From Eledone cirrhosa (taxonomy: Eukaryota), in contig OZ024743.1 of NCBI GenBank assembly GCA_964016885.1, forward strand, positions 300,204,001 through 300,268,000: a DNA stretch of 64,000 nucleotides, written 5' to 3'. The position numbers and the translations under genes are program-made. The notes below the pieces were generated by a model. That model searched no databases, was not told where the DNA came from, and saw only the letters and a list, made by a program, of their open reading frames with translations. Position 1 is the first letter of the stretch, and each line of letters starts with the position of its first letter. Positions 43,434 through 58,554 of this stretch are shown here, one piece after another.

Positions 43434-43582
43434 ATGCATATGTGTATATGTATATATATATGTATGTATGTGTATATGTATGTATATGTATATATATATA
43501 TATATATATATGTGTGTTTACATGTATGTCTGTGTGTGTGTATGTGGACCACACAATATCCTGTGGATATATCTGTGTATAC

Positions 43583-43662
<80 letters not shown>

Positions 43663-43678
43663 ATGTGTATATATGTGT

Positions 43679-43712
<34 letters not shown>

Positions 43713-43732
43713 GTATTAATGTATATATATAT

Positions 43733-43975
43733 ATTGTTATACTTTGGGAGGGTCATGTTGCCAATAAGAAACACACGCACCAGATACTTTCACTTCAATT
43801 TATTATAATAAATTTATAAATTTCCGGTTGGTTGGTTGATTCCAGAACCAGATGGTTGTTTATATATTGTCAAAGTTATTTCGTCACACATTCTGTGATC
43901 TCTTCAGTGATGGGGATTATTTTCTTTGTTTTTGTGCCTCTCCTTTGTTCTGTCCTAGCCATCTTGTTTTTGTGA
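43733..43975 (-). mobile_element. Solo 3' pLTR of PLE family C with HHR (43869-43911)
   Basis: Homologous to 35739-36010, with a short inverted piece at 43976-44008. Confidence 0.85.
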
Positions 43976-44135
43976 CACACAAAAACAAGATAAAGTAGGA
44001 CAGAACCAATATATATATGTGTGTGTATGTGTATATGTGTTTGTATATGTATATACATGTGTAGATACATACATATATATGTGTGTATACACATATATAT
44101 GCTTATGTGTGTATATATGTATATGTATATATAAG

Positions 44136-44186
<51 letters not shown>

Positions 44187-44272
44187 GTGTATGTATATAT
44201 GTATATGTGTATGTATATATATCCGCGTGTATGTGTGTATATAAATATGTATGTATATATATATATGTATAT

Positions 44273-44308
<36 letters not shown>

Positions 44309-44309
44309 G

Positions 44310-45165
44310 CCTATACCAACATCGATCTTCGATCAGGCCCGAGAAAATGCGCTCCGTAACAACCCTCGCCGATAAAGCCTGGCAGCTCCGGAGGAACAAT
44401 CAAACCTTCTCCCTTGATTGGCAAATTATTACGTCTGCGCCTGCATATAAGCAAAATATTCGATTCTGTAAATTATGCAATATTGCGATATACTGCATTT
44501 TAACGTCGGTAAACAATCTTTTGAACAGAAAAATTGAACGTTCACTGTAACCATCGTTTGAAAACGACTTTTTCTTTTTTTTAAATGCATATAATGTTAC
44601 CTTTTTACACCACCGTTTGCAAATTTCTGTTTTATATGTTTATACACAAGATATGGCTTTCTATAATAATAGTACTAAACACTGTTTTCTGGACCCCTTT
44701 ATAAATAACCTGCTACTATAATAGCCCCAAATACTTGTCTGTAACTTTGTACCACTTTGACCTCTTTAACTAACTTTTGTCCAAACAACACCACCAGAAG
44801 AATTTACTTTCCCCGCCAACCCTAACACTCCTCATTAATCTAACTGCTGCCAAAACATTCTCTCCTTACAATCTCTACTAGTCTGACAGTCTTAAATCCT
44901 AAGACTCCCTCCCTCTTACTCACTTCCCTCTTCCCCTTCTCTTCCTACCTCCTTCTTTCTCTTTTATCTAGTGTATAAAATATTTTCATATCATTCCAAT
45001 ACAAAGGTCTGACGACATCGTGTGTTTGCTTGCAGTGTACCTTCGGTTTATGATAATATTTCTATATTATTCAAATAGCGAGGTATAGTTAACCCATACA
45101 CTAGAGAAACAATTGTTACTTAATAAATTCTTTATACCCGCATTTCCGTTTCATAAACTTCTCCA
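44310..45165 (+). mobile_element. PLE 3' end: GIY-YIG C-terminus + pLTR with HHR (45005-45121)
   Basis: [35 protein letters not shown] reads aggt-CTGACGA-[~90-nt stem II]-GAAAC-aatt-GTT-actt-AATAAA. Confidence 0.8.
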
Positions 45166-45766
45166 TATATATATATATATATATATATATGGAGAAGTTC
45201 ACTTTGCTGCACTGGGTCGTTGCTGGCCCGGGATGGAAACCTTTATTTTTTCCGTGGTAGTCTCTTTAGTATTTTGGCCCCTTTTGTTGACCAGTCACCG
45301 TATCATTTACGTACTTATAGCTCTTAAAAGGGTCCTTGCCTATATCGTCCCACCTAGTTCTTTTACTTATTTCGTTATTTCTTTATTTATTTCTTTCTTT
45401 ACTTCTTTCTTTCTTTCTTTATTTTATTCTAGCCTAACAATAGCCTGAGACCTAGGTCGTAGAATTTTATTTACTTTACTTTTTTCTTTACACTTATTTG
45501 CTTTTCTTCACTCTCAGTATTTTTTCTTTCCTATTTCTACCCCCCATTGTTCTACCTACCGTTCCGACTTCCTCCCCCTCCCCCTCCCCTGTATCTTCTT
45601 TGACCTCATGCCCAGCTGTAGCTGGCACTACCAACGCTTGATTGGGTCTACTCCACCCCTTCCCCTCTTTCTCCTACTGGCAGGTTTAGCCACCATCTCC
45701 CCTACTAATTTGCAACCACAGAATTACTACTGATTTTTGACAATCACTTTGACCATATATGGAATT

Positions 45767-45860
45767 ACCCCTTGAGAAGATCGGCTATTTAAATACCAGG
45801 ATAAATTTTCATTTAGTCCAGAATTAGCCGTCGAAACGGCTTGAGCTCAGCTGTCGGGGT
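45767..45860 (+). ncRNA. Type I hammerhead family A, U3-A8 variant, at end of solo pLTR (45190-45872)
   Basis: acccc-TTGAGAA-gatcggcta...tagccgtc-GAAAC-ggc..gct-GTC-ggggt. Confidence 0.75.
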
Positions 45861-45872
45861 CTTACTGGTTCC

Positions 45873-46021
<149 letters not shown>

Positions 46022-46175
46022 ATGTATGTATAATATATATATGTATACATATATGTGTGTATATATATATATATTTATATATATATGTGTGTGTATATGT
46101 ATATATGTATGTATGTATATATATATATGTGTATATATATATATGTATGTATATATGTGTGTGTGTGTATGTATG

Positions 46176-46263
<88 letters not shown>

Positions 46264-46459
46264 CATATATATATATGTATATGTATATATATATATATCT
46301 GTGTATATATATTTATGATGTGTGTATATATATATATTTGTGTATGTTTTTATGTATTTTGTATATGTGCATATATGTGTATTTCTGTAGATGTGTTTGT
46401 ATTTGTTTATATATGTGTATATTTATATGTATGTATATATATATATGTGTGTGTGTGAG

Positions 46460-46492
<33 letters not shown>

Positions 46493-46509
46493 TTGTGTGT
46501 GTGCTAGTA

Positions 46510-47065
46510 TCTGAATGTCTCTGTTGTCAACTGGAATATAGCTTAAGAGAAATATGACAATAATGATATGATAGGCACCCAATAGTTTGAAGTGGTTTAT
46601 GGAATTCTCTTGGCCTTTGTCATTCTAAGTAGAGCTTTAAAGAATTAGCTTTTAAAGAATTTCTCTTTTCCTTAAATCGATCAACCATAACCGACCCCGA
46701 ACCATCTTATAGACACCTGAAATATAGGCATTGTTAGCTCAAGATAAACTTAAAAATAAGGAGTGGCACCCCATTCTGAACTTGTTTATAGAATTCTTTC
46801 TGCCTTTGTCATCCTAAATATAAATTATAGCCTTAAAGAATTATCTTTTAATGAATTCCCTTTTCTTTCAACCACGGACCTCCACCCATCCCACTCCTCA
46901 CCTTCTCCTACCACCTGAAAAGATATAAATACCAAAACATTTATTTTTGGAAAGCCAGATTCCTGATGATTTCTAAAGGATGAAACAGTTCTAGTCATAC
47001 CCTGCTATGTATCGAGTACCTTACTTACTCTGGTTACCTCCGATTCAACCCGTAAAAACTTACCT
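46510..47065 (+). mobile_element. Non-coding HHR element family B (pLTR-like) with internal ~190-bp duplication
   Basis: Homologous to 58490-58990 (minus). HHR 5' part at 46958-46996, with the cleavage-site strand deleted. Confidence 0.75.
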
Positions 47066-47409
47066 ATATATATATATATGATATTTTTATTATGCGTATA
47101 TATATACAACATAACTACATTATGCATAGCGGCATTTGTAAAAGCACATAATGCTGAAACTGATATTATTAAACGTATTTCTATACTAACTGTTTTGTAA
47201 CACTTACGGACACATCTGATAACTGTGACGTGAACAGAAAGTTACAAAATTAAAATTATATGAATAAAATGACATGAAAAATAATAAGTAAAAATAATGG
47301 GTTCTTACATAGGCAAAAGACCAGTAATTTGGGGTGAGGGGGAAGTCAATTAAATAGCCCCCACTGTGTGACTGGTACTTTATGTTATCGATATATATAT
47401 ATATATATT

Positions 47410-48979
47410 ATTCATGTGCAACCTGCAGTATTCTTCTCCCCATTTTTTCACATATATTTACCTAAACTGCGATTCTGTTTTTTTTCTCTCTCTCTCTCTC
47501 TTACTGCTCCCTCGTTCTCTCTGTTTCTCCTACTTTCTTTCGCCCCCTCTGTCATGTCAGTTAACTCTTCCTCACACTTCCACTCACTCACTCACTGTTT
47601 CTCCTCTTCTCACTTCACCCCGTTCGCGACGAAAACATTTTCTCTCTTTCTCACATTTGAATTCGTTCCCGAAAGGTCTTTTTTCTAAACGCTCCTAGCT
47701 TATGCTAACAGAAAAACTATGAAGGTTGTTCCCTTCCTTCTACGGTTAGCTCTCCTCTTTGTTGTTATCTTGTCTCACTCGCTTTACGCGTTTTAATTGT
47801 CCTAATAACTTAATTTAGTTATTATTGCACCGACGTGAGGTATATGATTTTTAATGCAATGAAATATATATGATCGTCGGCAAATCACTGATGAGGGACT
47901 TATTTTATTACATGTTATCCATGTGTAACCTGCAGTATTCTTTTCCCCATTTTTTCACATATATTAACCTAAACTGCGATTCTGTTTTTTTTCTCTCTCT
48001 CTCTTACTGCTCCCTCGTTCTCTCCGTTTCTCCTACTTTCTTTCGCCCCCTCTGTCATGTCAGTTAACTCTTCCTCACACTTCCACTAACTCACTCACTG
48101 TTTCTCCTCTTCTCACTTCACCCCGTTCGCGACGAAAACATTTTCTCTCTTTCTCACATTTGAATTCGTTCCCGAAAGGTCTTTTTTCTTATCGCTCATA
48201 TATTCACCTGGCTTATGCTAACAGAATAACTATGAAGCTTGTTCCCTTCCTTCTACGGTTAGCTCTCCTCTTTGTTGTTATCTTGTCTCACTCGCTTTAC
48301 GCGTTTTAATTGTCCTAATAACTTAATTTAGTTATTATTGCACCGACGTGAGGTATATGATTTTTAATGCAATGAAATATCTATGATCGTCGGCAAATCA
48401 CTGATGAGGGACTTATTTTATTACATGTTATCCATGTGTAACCTGCAGTATTATTCTCCCCATTTTTTCACATATATTAACCTAAACTGCGATTCTGTTT
48501 TTTTCTCTCTCTCTCTCTTACTGCTCCCTCGTTCTCTCTGTTTCTCCTACTTTCTTTCGCCCCCTCTGTCATGTCAGTTAACTCTTCCTCACACTTACAC
48601 TCACTCACTCACTGTTTCTCCTCTTCTCACTTCACCCCGTTCGCGACGAAAACATTTTCTCTCTTTCTCACATTTGAATTCGTTCCCGAAAGGTCTTTTT
48701 TCTAAGCGCTCATATATTCACCTAGCTTATGCTAACAGAATAACTATGAAGCTTGTTCCCTTCCTTCTACGGTTAGCTCTCCTCTTTGTTGTTATCTTGT
48801 CTCACTGGCTTTACGCGTTTTAATTGTCCTAATAACTTAATTTAGTTATTATTGCACCGACGTGAGGTATATGATTTTTAATGCAATGAAATATCTATGA
48901 TCGTCGGCAAATCACTGATGAGGGACTTATTTTATTACATGTTATCCATGTGCAGCCTGCAGTATTCTTCTCCCCATTT

Positions 48980-48985
<6 letters not shown>
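47410..48985 (+). repeat. Tandem repeat, 3 units of ~513 bp
   Basis: catgtg(c/t)aacctgcagtatt recurs at ~47413, 47920, 48433 and 48947. Units are highly similar. Bounded by (TA)n. Confidence 0.97.
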
Positions 48986-49022
<37 letters not shown>

Positions 49023-49455
49023 AATGTATATTTCAGCCATTTGTGTTAGAAAGTGCAGTCATCAATATTACACATAGGTCTATACGAGATAAGCTATCCC
49101 ATAAGAAAAATATCGACACCTACCACATTTACCTTTAACTGTATCTTCAAATTCGTCTAAGCGCCTGAAGATTATGTCACAATTTTGTCCCCGCTTACAA
49201 TCTGGAGATATGGCCATTAATGTGCCTTGAAAGTTTCGGAAGCGCTTTTATTCAGTATGTGAGATCAAATTAATATAATAGATCAGCCCTAGGCCTGATT
49301 GAACACTGTTTACCTTTTCTTTCTTTCACACCGATGGATATTTTCCACACATACACACTTACATACATACACACACCGACACACTCACACACATATACTC
49401 ATACACACACATACACTCATACACGCACGCATACACACGCGCACAGACACACACG

Positions 49456-49510
<55 letters not shown>

Positions 49511-49682
49511 AAACGAAAAACCTGTTATGCATCTGAACTCAATTTATTGTGTGTTACAGTTGTTTCGCCGGTTCAGATGCATCACTGATTTTTCGTTTTA
49601 TATATATATCATACTCTGCTCTGTAAGACCATAGTGTGTTCAACCGGCATACCGCCCATGGAACCATGTTAGCTACCATCCG

Positions 49683-49723
<41 letters not shown>

Positions 49724-50277
49724 CATATATGCAGTTTTTCTGGGTTGAGTCGAAATGCATCATGAGAACTTATTCGAAATCTTTCTACAATTTCTTTGTG
49801 GCACTGATAATTAAATCTGAAGTAGAATTTACATTCCAAATCCTATCGGATCTACGTCTATTTTCTCTCATTGTGTTTAAAAATATGAATTATAATATTT
49901 TACGTTACGCTTTATCGCTATTTTGAGATGCCTGGAAAAAATATATCGTTTGAGTATAACCTATATATCGCTCGTTGAATATAATAATTACAAAGAATTT
50001 CCCATATTTTTTACATTAGATTATGAAGGATTTCATTTTTAGCATAAAGAATGAAATGTTCAAATTATGAGGAGCTCTTTGAATATGTGAATGTTGTTTC
50101 CTCACATCATACTTTTGAAAATCATTATCCAACAAACCTTGTAAAATTCGGGTTAAAACGAATTTACATATTTAACATTTGCACTCTAAACAGATCTATG
50201 TCGATCTGTATCTATTTTCTCCCGCATCTTGCGTAATATACATATATAAATACACACACACACACACACACACACAT

Positions 50278-50453
<176 letters not shown>

Positions 50454-50742
50454 GTATTGATTTTCGTATATAGGGGGGGGGGTAGATCTGTAATTGATAT
50501 GCTGTGCGTGAAAGGAAGGCAAAGTATAACATTTATATTGCCATTATATATTTTAAAATTTATATCTGGAAATTGTATCTGAGATGATTTTATAGATATC
50601 TTTTACTTGACAGCATCAATGATAAATGCAGTATTTACGATTTATCGATTAACTCGTATATAGATATATATTATACTGCATGATATTCTAATACTTAGGT
50701 TATACTTTATTTCAAATATATATATAATCCTAAATAATTAGG

Positions 50743-50786
<44 letters not shown>

Positions 50787-50917
50787 GATACATATATACA
50801 TACATATATACATACATAGATGGGTCCATACATACTGACATACATTCGCACAAGCACATGGTTATCATTAATATATATATATATAGAAGTGGTAACACAA
50901 CAGTTAGTTCACCGTAT

Positions 50918-50955
50918 CGAAAACAATTGTTTCACCTTAGCCGATCTTCAGCTCG
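50918..50955 (-). ncRNA. Hammerhead motif (same family as 21430-21464)
   Basis: Minus strand: cgag-CTGAAGA-tcggctaaggt-GAAAC-aatt-GTT-ttcg. The tail ggtgaactaactg..cttctata is shared with 21469-21500. Confidence 0.6.
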
Positions 50956-51100
50956 TAATGGACATGGTTATACGGCAATATATATATATCCTTTACCATA
51001 TCTAAGTTTTGAGCTTTGTTAATCTATAGCATCATATATTTCGTCGCACGATTAGTACACACGACTAAGATAACACGTCTATTAACGGTGAGAAGGGCGT

Positions 51101-51156
<56 letters not shown>

Positions 51157-52949
51157 AGAGAGAGGCGAAGGAAACTGAAGTGGTAAGGGGGCAGAGACAG
51201 ATAGAGAGAAAGGGAGGAGTAGCGAAAAGTGTTATTTATGAAAATGTCGTTCATTTAGTTTTAATTATTTATTCGTATCCTGTTAGCTACTTTTAATCCG
51301 GAGTGTTTCTTATTGTTAAGTTAATTGTTAATTTGTGGTTCTGTTTAAATAGTTGTTTGGGATGATGTTTGATAGTAATTTTGTTCCGGTCTGTTTGTAA
51401 ACTGAGTTATCTATTTCCGGATGCGTTTGGAGTTGGTTAATAAATAACTATGTGGCTTCAATTTTGTCGGCCTTAGTTTTAATAATTAACTCATGAGCTT
51501 ACTTCATTGATTCCCATAATTTGATGTTTTAAGTTTGGAGTTTGTTCATCAGTGTTTATTCTCTTTCTGTCTAGATCCAATACGGTTTAAGTAGTTGAGT
51601 AGACATAGCTCAGATATATAGAACCGACTATATACGATGGTTGAAACAAGATGACATCCATGCCCACATTTCCAGTAATTATTATATATATTATTATTTC
51701 AAAATTATGTTTTGTGTTCTACGTATATTTTCAAATTGCGTCACATTTAGTTATGTGGTTTAATATAGTGTGTGGATAGCGTTAAACTGGAGACAGGTTA
51801 CAATTATGATAGCGAGTTTAACAGTTATGGTTATGTCCATATATATGTATATATTTCGTTTGTCAAAAACGCCACATTACCGAATGGCTAATTTGGCATT
51901 ATAATCACACCGGCCGTGTTCAAATTGAGTAAATCCTAAACAAGAGTCATATAACATTGTCATGGCTGAGCAAGAAATTTATTAGTGTTGAATCGTATTA
52001 AAGGGATTCTAACTATAACACTGACAAATCCTGTCATGTTTATTCTCACAGAATGTTACGTTAAGGAAATATGTTTCATGTTCATAGTCATTTAGTTGAG
52101 TAAAACCAACATGTGAATACTTAAATCCTTTCAATGTGTTTATGTGTTAAATATCTCCACGAGGAAATGTTGAACCAAGAAAAAGAGGAGAGCTTTACGT
52201 TGCAGGACAAATATTGACAGTGTTGCATATAGTGTGCTTCACGACATTATATATAGAAACATATATTTTAATATTTTAAGCATATATATACACTCACTCC
52301 TTAACACACGCACACACAGACATATTTCATAAATATAATTATAAAAGAGTTTACATATGCATATGTTTTATACACAATTTTGTGTAAAAACGAACATTAG
52401 TGATATATAAATACATACGCACACAAATAAGTACATTCATATGTATTTATGCATGTGTCCCCTATTATGTACACGAATACTGTGTGTTCCTATTTTCTAG
52501 AGGAACGCAATAAAAACAAAAGTAAATTCATGTAAATATAAAGTCCCCATTAAATCGAATATAAAGGCTTTTATTTTTTGTTTCATTTTCCTTTTATCTT
52601 TGTATGCAATTTCCATTTTCAGGACGAAAATATATTCTATGTAGCATATCCATTAAACCAAGTGCATGAATTTCAATCAATATATTTACATATAAACATA
52701 TACACACATATATACATATACGCACATATACACATTCATATATATATATATGTTCGCATGTCTTACATGTGTGCGTTTGTATGCATATGTGTGTATACGA
52801 GGAACTTTTCGAAATCACAAAAACAAGACGGGATTTCATGCATTTACTTAGTTTGACATTTACATAGGTACATCAATATGGATTATTTTGCTATGTCATT
52901 GATTTCTCATTCGTATATATACACACACACACAAACACACACACACACG

Positions 52950-53020
<71 letters not shown>

Positions 53021-54227
53021 CTGTGAGTTCTCCTTTCTCTCAACCGTCAATCACATATGGATACATATATATATAAGTATGTGTGTGTATGTGTATTACA
53101 TACATGTATTTATGGTCTATGTCCTCCTGTGTGCCTCAATAGCCTCGGAAGAAGAATCAGACATGTTTACCATATAATCCTATTTTCAGCGGAATTAAAA
53201 TGAATAAATATTTTATTTGGTATCGTCCAGTTGCCGTTGTAGATTATGGAGCTTCTTTTCAATTTACCATCATAACTGGAGAGTTCTGATGTATTTGTTT
53301 AATCTTGCAATTGAAGGACACATTATGTTTATTATAACAGAATTTGAATTCCATTCCGTGAGCCCGATATATTGGTCAAGGTTGACGATGCGGATGTTTA
53401 TTGTGGATTTGACTGTTGCCTGATATATTATATTCTCTATTTCTACGCCTTGTCTAATGAGAATGTATCGGTCCACGCACAAACATCCAGATACATTAGA
53501 TAGTTTTTTTAGCAGTGTTTGCAGGATCATCTGAAAACTCAGAATATCCCGTAACAGGCTCAAAGCAGAAAATATTTCTTAAACTTTGATCTGTACTACT
53601 AATAATTATTTGCTGTACTGGTTTATATACTTGTTACACTTGCATATGCATATATTTACATCATTATATACATATACAATCTTTAACGAACCCACTGCGG
53701 AATTTGGACTTCGTAATTATATATATATATATATACGCGTGTGTGAGTGTGTGTATATATATATATATATGTGTGTTGTATATATATATATGTGTGTGTG
53801 TGTGGACGTATGTATGTGAAATAATATGTTGCAACAATTGCCCTAGCGCATATATCCGTAGCACCTTTGCTTTTTACAATAGTGATGTTTGTATAGAAAT
53901 ATGTAGGTGAAGCTTTAAATTGGGAGAAATAATATAATCTTTCTTTAGGACCACCTCAGAGGACATATGTAAATATAGATAAATAAATAAATAAATTAAT
54001 TAATTAATAATATAATATAATTGTAAAATACATTGAATAAGGGAACGGACTTATTAGTGTAATTAAATGGTTGGCTAAATATATTTTTAGATTTACTACA
54101 TTTCTACTTCAATTTTACAATTACATATATTTATTTTCTCACTTTTTATTTGTGTTTTATTTTCAGGTATATTCTGAATTATGTCAGTAATGATTGACTA
54201 ATTGTTCATTATAAATACTATTATTAG

Positions 54228-54420
54228 GGCAGCAAATTTGCAGAGTCAGTAGAGCGCTGGATAAAATGCTTCGTGGCATAGAGTTACGGCCCTTTAGTTT
54301 CTAATTCATATCCTGCAGATATTAGATTTGTCTTCCCTCCTTCCGGGGTCGATAATATAAAGCACCAGCAATGCACTGGGTCGATTTTATCGATTTATCC
54401 TCCCCTTGTGCCTAAGGAAG
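54228..54420 (+). mobile_element. Nin/Deu-domain SINE, decayed
   Basis: tccttccggggtcgataatataaagcaccagcaatgcactggg. Confidence 0.7.
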
Positions 54421-57400
54421 AAACAATTTTTACAACCATTAAGGATAACTATGACGATCGTAATGACAAAATTTATAATAATTACTTATTTACTTAGGAT
54501 TACTTACTTAACTTCGCATCACATTTCATCTACCATCTACGATAATATATATCAAAGCATCATTAGAATATCACTTCATGTAATTTTGTGTTCATTAGAA
54601 TTGGAAGAACATAGTTTGGCTCCAAGTTTACAATACATAGTATAATTAATATATAAACTATTTTAGAGTAGACACGGATTCGTTTAGTATATGTTAAGAA
54701 AGTAACAGATGATGTGATTCAGACTATAACTTAATTTGAGCCTGGTATTGAATAATCGTCAATTAATATTTAGTCTATATGTTCACTTGTAGAATTTATA
54801 TACTTAAAATCTCCCAACATAGTGACACACCCATTATCTTTGTAGAAATGTATAGTTTACGACAAATGATTATCTCGCCTTTCAATAAAGAAATCCTTAA
54901 CAGAAAACTTTTTTCAAAATAAATCAATAATTGTATAAGGTGTCATGCAATATTCTATTTAAAATTTAATCAAATTATCATGTTCACTATCGCAATTTCC
55001 TAAAATTTCGTTCCATCAATGTCAGATCCCGAGAGCATGTTTAAGGTTTTCCTTAACTAGCTAACAAACGAAAGAAACAAGAAAAACACTTTTTTTTATA
55101 TTTCCATGTGAAAATTAATGTGCTAAATCTCAGTAAAATTTTTAATCACGGAACAATCGAACTAATCTTCTAAATGAGATTTGAACAATGCTACGAATAG
55201 CATTTGTTAAATACCGGAATACCGGAATACCGGATCTGATGATTATATACGCAGGCTAAATTCATATTTTATTGATAGTGGATGATTATAAAAGCTATAA
55301 CCGAGTATATCATATTCTTTAGGGAAGAAATACTTATAAAGATTCGTTTAAATATGTAGAACAATTTCATTTTGATGTGACTTTTAAATTCGTGTACTCT
55401 TTAATACATACAGCTAGTGGATGGATATTACTACTTATATAGGTTTTATAGTATTGTATGTCTTGCATAAAATATATAAATTTAGCTGTAACGAGATTGT
55501 TAGATTTTCGCGTCGAATGGTTTGACACTATGCATATTATATCGGGGACAGCAATTCCACTTTATATTTCGATAGAGAAAGATTTTACCTAAAGGAATTA
55601 CCTAAATTGAAATGTCAGCTGGTTGCTGACAAAATTCAGATGTTAGCGACGAAATACATTTCAAGCCTGGTGCATAGGAATGAAAATCTCACATATTATA
55701 TATCCCGTGATCATTTTGTACAATAGAACATATATAAAAACCGCTATTACAATTAAGGTTTCACGAAGAAATGTCATGAAACATTGATTGCACCTCGGAA
55801 ATCTATGTCTAAAATAAAACGTATGGGAAGAATTTGTAAATATACAAATGCTATATGAAAGCATTTGAACAGTATTGGCGTGGTATGTTCAATATTATAT
55901 ATTAACAAGAAACATTACAAACATTCTCCATATTCTAAAACAAATATTAACAGCATATGTCAAAAGACGGAAAAATTATGAGAAGAGTTATGAAGGAGAT
56001 TGTTACATGTATGATCAAATATCCCTTAGGTTGTCCTCTTTTAATCTTTCATTGTTTAGTATATAACATTCCAGATCGAGGACATTAATTTATTTTTCAA
56101 AAATAAATAATATGACCATATAAATTTGGCCTCATTTTATCTACTAGAAGTAAATCATTTTTTTTTTCACAAATGAACTGATTTTTCATCAACTAAAGGT
56201 GTCATGAGGCCTCTGAAAAAGTGGAATCGTAATTACGACTGATTTTCTGTATGTTCTTCCAATGATCTTAAAATGTTTAAAGAGAAAATAGTTTATTACA
56301 AGACAGAATCCCAAACAGAAAGAGACTTTACTTGCAATCATTTATTACTACGAAAACCAGTGATGAAAGCCTAAAGCTTGTTATCATTAGGATTTGAAAC
56401 ATATTTAAGTTCTGTTCATAAAGTTTGTTAAGTAATAAATAAAATCGTCAAAACTCGATTTTCCTAGATATGAGGTTTGAACCGATGATACTTAAATGCA
56501 ATTATATGTATTTCAATAACCTTCTGTAATTTTCCTTATTATTAAATTGTATTCAAATGTGGATTGTGTTGATAATTTATTATTCCAGCATGCATTCACT
56601 TTTGTTCATAATTAATATGTGTTGTATATTTCTTTGTTTAGAAACACCTTCTTTGAGGAATGCCAAATATAAGTGAAACATATTTCTATAAACGTTCTAT
56701 ATATACATTTCATTTCTTTTATTCAACATGTGTAAATAAACCTCTAATCCAAACTATAAACATTCGAACAAAAAATATAACGATAGATTAAGAGAATTCC
56801 TATTAAACAAAGGACAGGAATATATTATGCTACTTGTTTACATCAATGTTATTCAATTTCTTATAGAAAATTGAATGTCGAGAGCTAAATAAAATAAAAC
56901 GTATACAGCTCATCATTATGTATTATTTGTTAACGCGTTTATTTGCGGTTTGTAAGATATGAATAAATACTCAAACAAAATCCTTCACCTACATTATAAG
57001 AAGAACGTGTATTTCGTATTCACTTTTTATTCATATTGCTGGTAAATAGAATCTTAATATTATTTTATATTTTATAAATTGTGTTTGTATATTTCGTTCA
57101 GGTTAAAGCTAGAGGATAGAGATGGTTCATTGTTTAAATCTCACTGATGTTATATATTATTCACAATTAATACAGGGGAAAATAAATACAAAATTATAAC
57201 GCAGATATACAAATGCAAAAAAGCAAACTCACATTTATATCAAGTATGTGTTCATGATTTAATAGTAGTGTGGTATCAAAACAATTCCTCACACTTCTGT
57301 CTGTGATTCTGTTACTGTCAATATTTAACTGTCAATATTGAGAATTTACCATGGTCGAATTTTCTAGAAATCACCCGGTGACTTTCCTTTCCGCTCCCTT

Positions 57401-57789
57401 TTTTTCACTCGTTTCAATTCCTCTTGATATAAAATATTCAAATGCGTGTAGTCAATCTATAGATGAATGCTAAATCTCAGCTTTTAGATTATAGTGGTTG
57501 TTTGCCCTGTGTGCATTTGAACATTCAATTACGAGTTTATTTGTCTGTGCTGCAGTTTGTGTTTCTTTGTTTATTTAATTAAACTATTGTCTGTATTATA
57601 TATATTTTTCATAATGTGTTTTTTATGGATAGTGTCTCCTACTCATTGATTCATGGTTTGAACATTTCATGCGGGCCTTGACACTGAATTATCTGTTTAA
57701 CATTGATGAATATTGAGATTAGTTTGTTGGTAATATGATATATTTATTTATTTTAAAAAGTAAGAAATACAACATAATATATATATATA

Positions 57790-58200
57790 ATAAATGTAAC
57801 CTGAGTTTTTCCAATACTAAAAATAACATTGGATTCGTTTTCAATTATGAAAACAAGCCTCAATTGTATAGCCATGTCAGTAGAATGAACCCTTCATTAT
57901 TGCTCTTGTGTTGGCATGTAAGCAGAACTGCAGACACTAATGTTTCTGGGTATCACCCTTCATCAGTACTGCTCACTGTTCACCTGCCAACCTGTCAGAG
58001 TAAGTGAAAATATATGCTATTTTCAAAAATACACAGTGACGGGTCGGCCTGATTTGCATATTAGCAGATAGCCGATCAGTCAGATCTACATATTAGCAGA
58101 TCCGCTGATCTGCCAGATTTGCATATCAGCGGACTGGCCAGTCAGTTCCTTGTATACGAGCGATAAATGGCCGGCTGGATTTGAACCGGCAATCGCTCTG
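57790..58200 (-). mobile_element. HHR element family D, third copy (HHR 57928-57971)
   Basis: Homologous to 13882-14265. Minus strand CTGATGA-a-gggt(gat)accc-a-GAAAC-attagt-GTC-tgcag. Confidence 0.85.
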
Positions 58201-58503
58201 TATAATCAGTCCCTATAAGAATCCAGACTCTATAACTTTAAAGCAAAGGACGGCCAGTGCAAAGCCCTGATGAACAGAAACAGTGTGAAATAGATTTGTC
58301 AGCTTATTTCCCTTCCTTTGTTGTAAAAAAGAAGTGACATAGTCACTACTTTAAAATAATAGCGCAAGGTCTTCAAAAGGTGTTTAATTTAACATGCTGT
58401 ATATTGCCAAATATACTATACATACATTCATGTATACATCGCTATTTCAGAGCACCAATCCTAATTTTAATATATATATATATATATAGTTTTAATATAG
58501 ATG

Positions 58504-58554
58504 AGATTCTACAGGACTAGAACTGTTTCATTCTTTCGAAATCATCAGGAATCT
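58504..58554 (-). ncRNA. Type I hammerhead ribozyme family B, best copy (in element 58490-58990)
   Basis: Minus strand: agattc-CTGATGA-t-ttc(gaaa)gaa-t-GAAACag(ttctagtc)ctGTA-gaatct. Confidence 0.85.

Noticed and set aside
47410-48985. CRISPR-like array
   Set aside because: Whole ~513-bp units are repeated with no unique spacers, in eukaryotic DNA with no cas genes.
57356-57370. Perfect heat-shock element cGAAttTTCtaGAAa
   Set aside because: About one such match is expected by chance in 64 kb of AT-rich DNA, and no linked promoter is visible.
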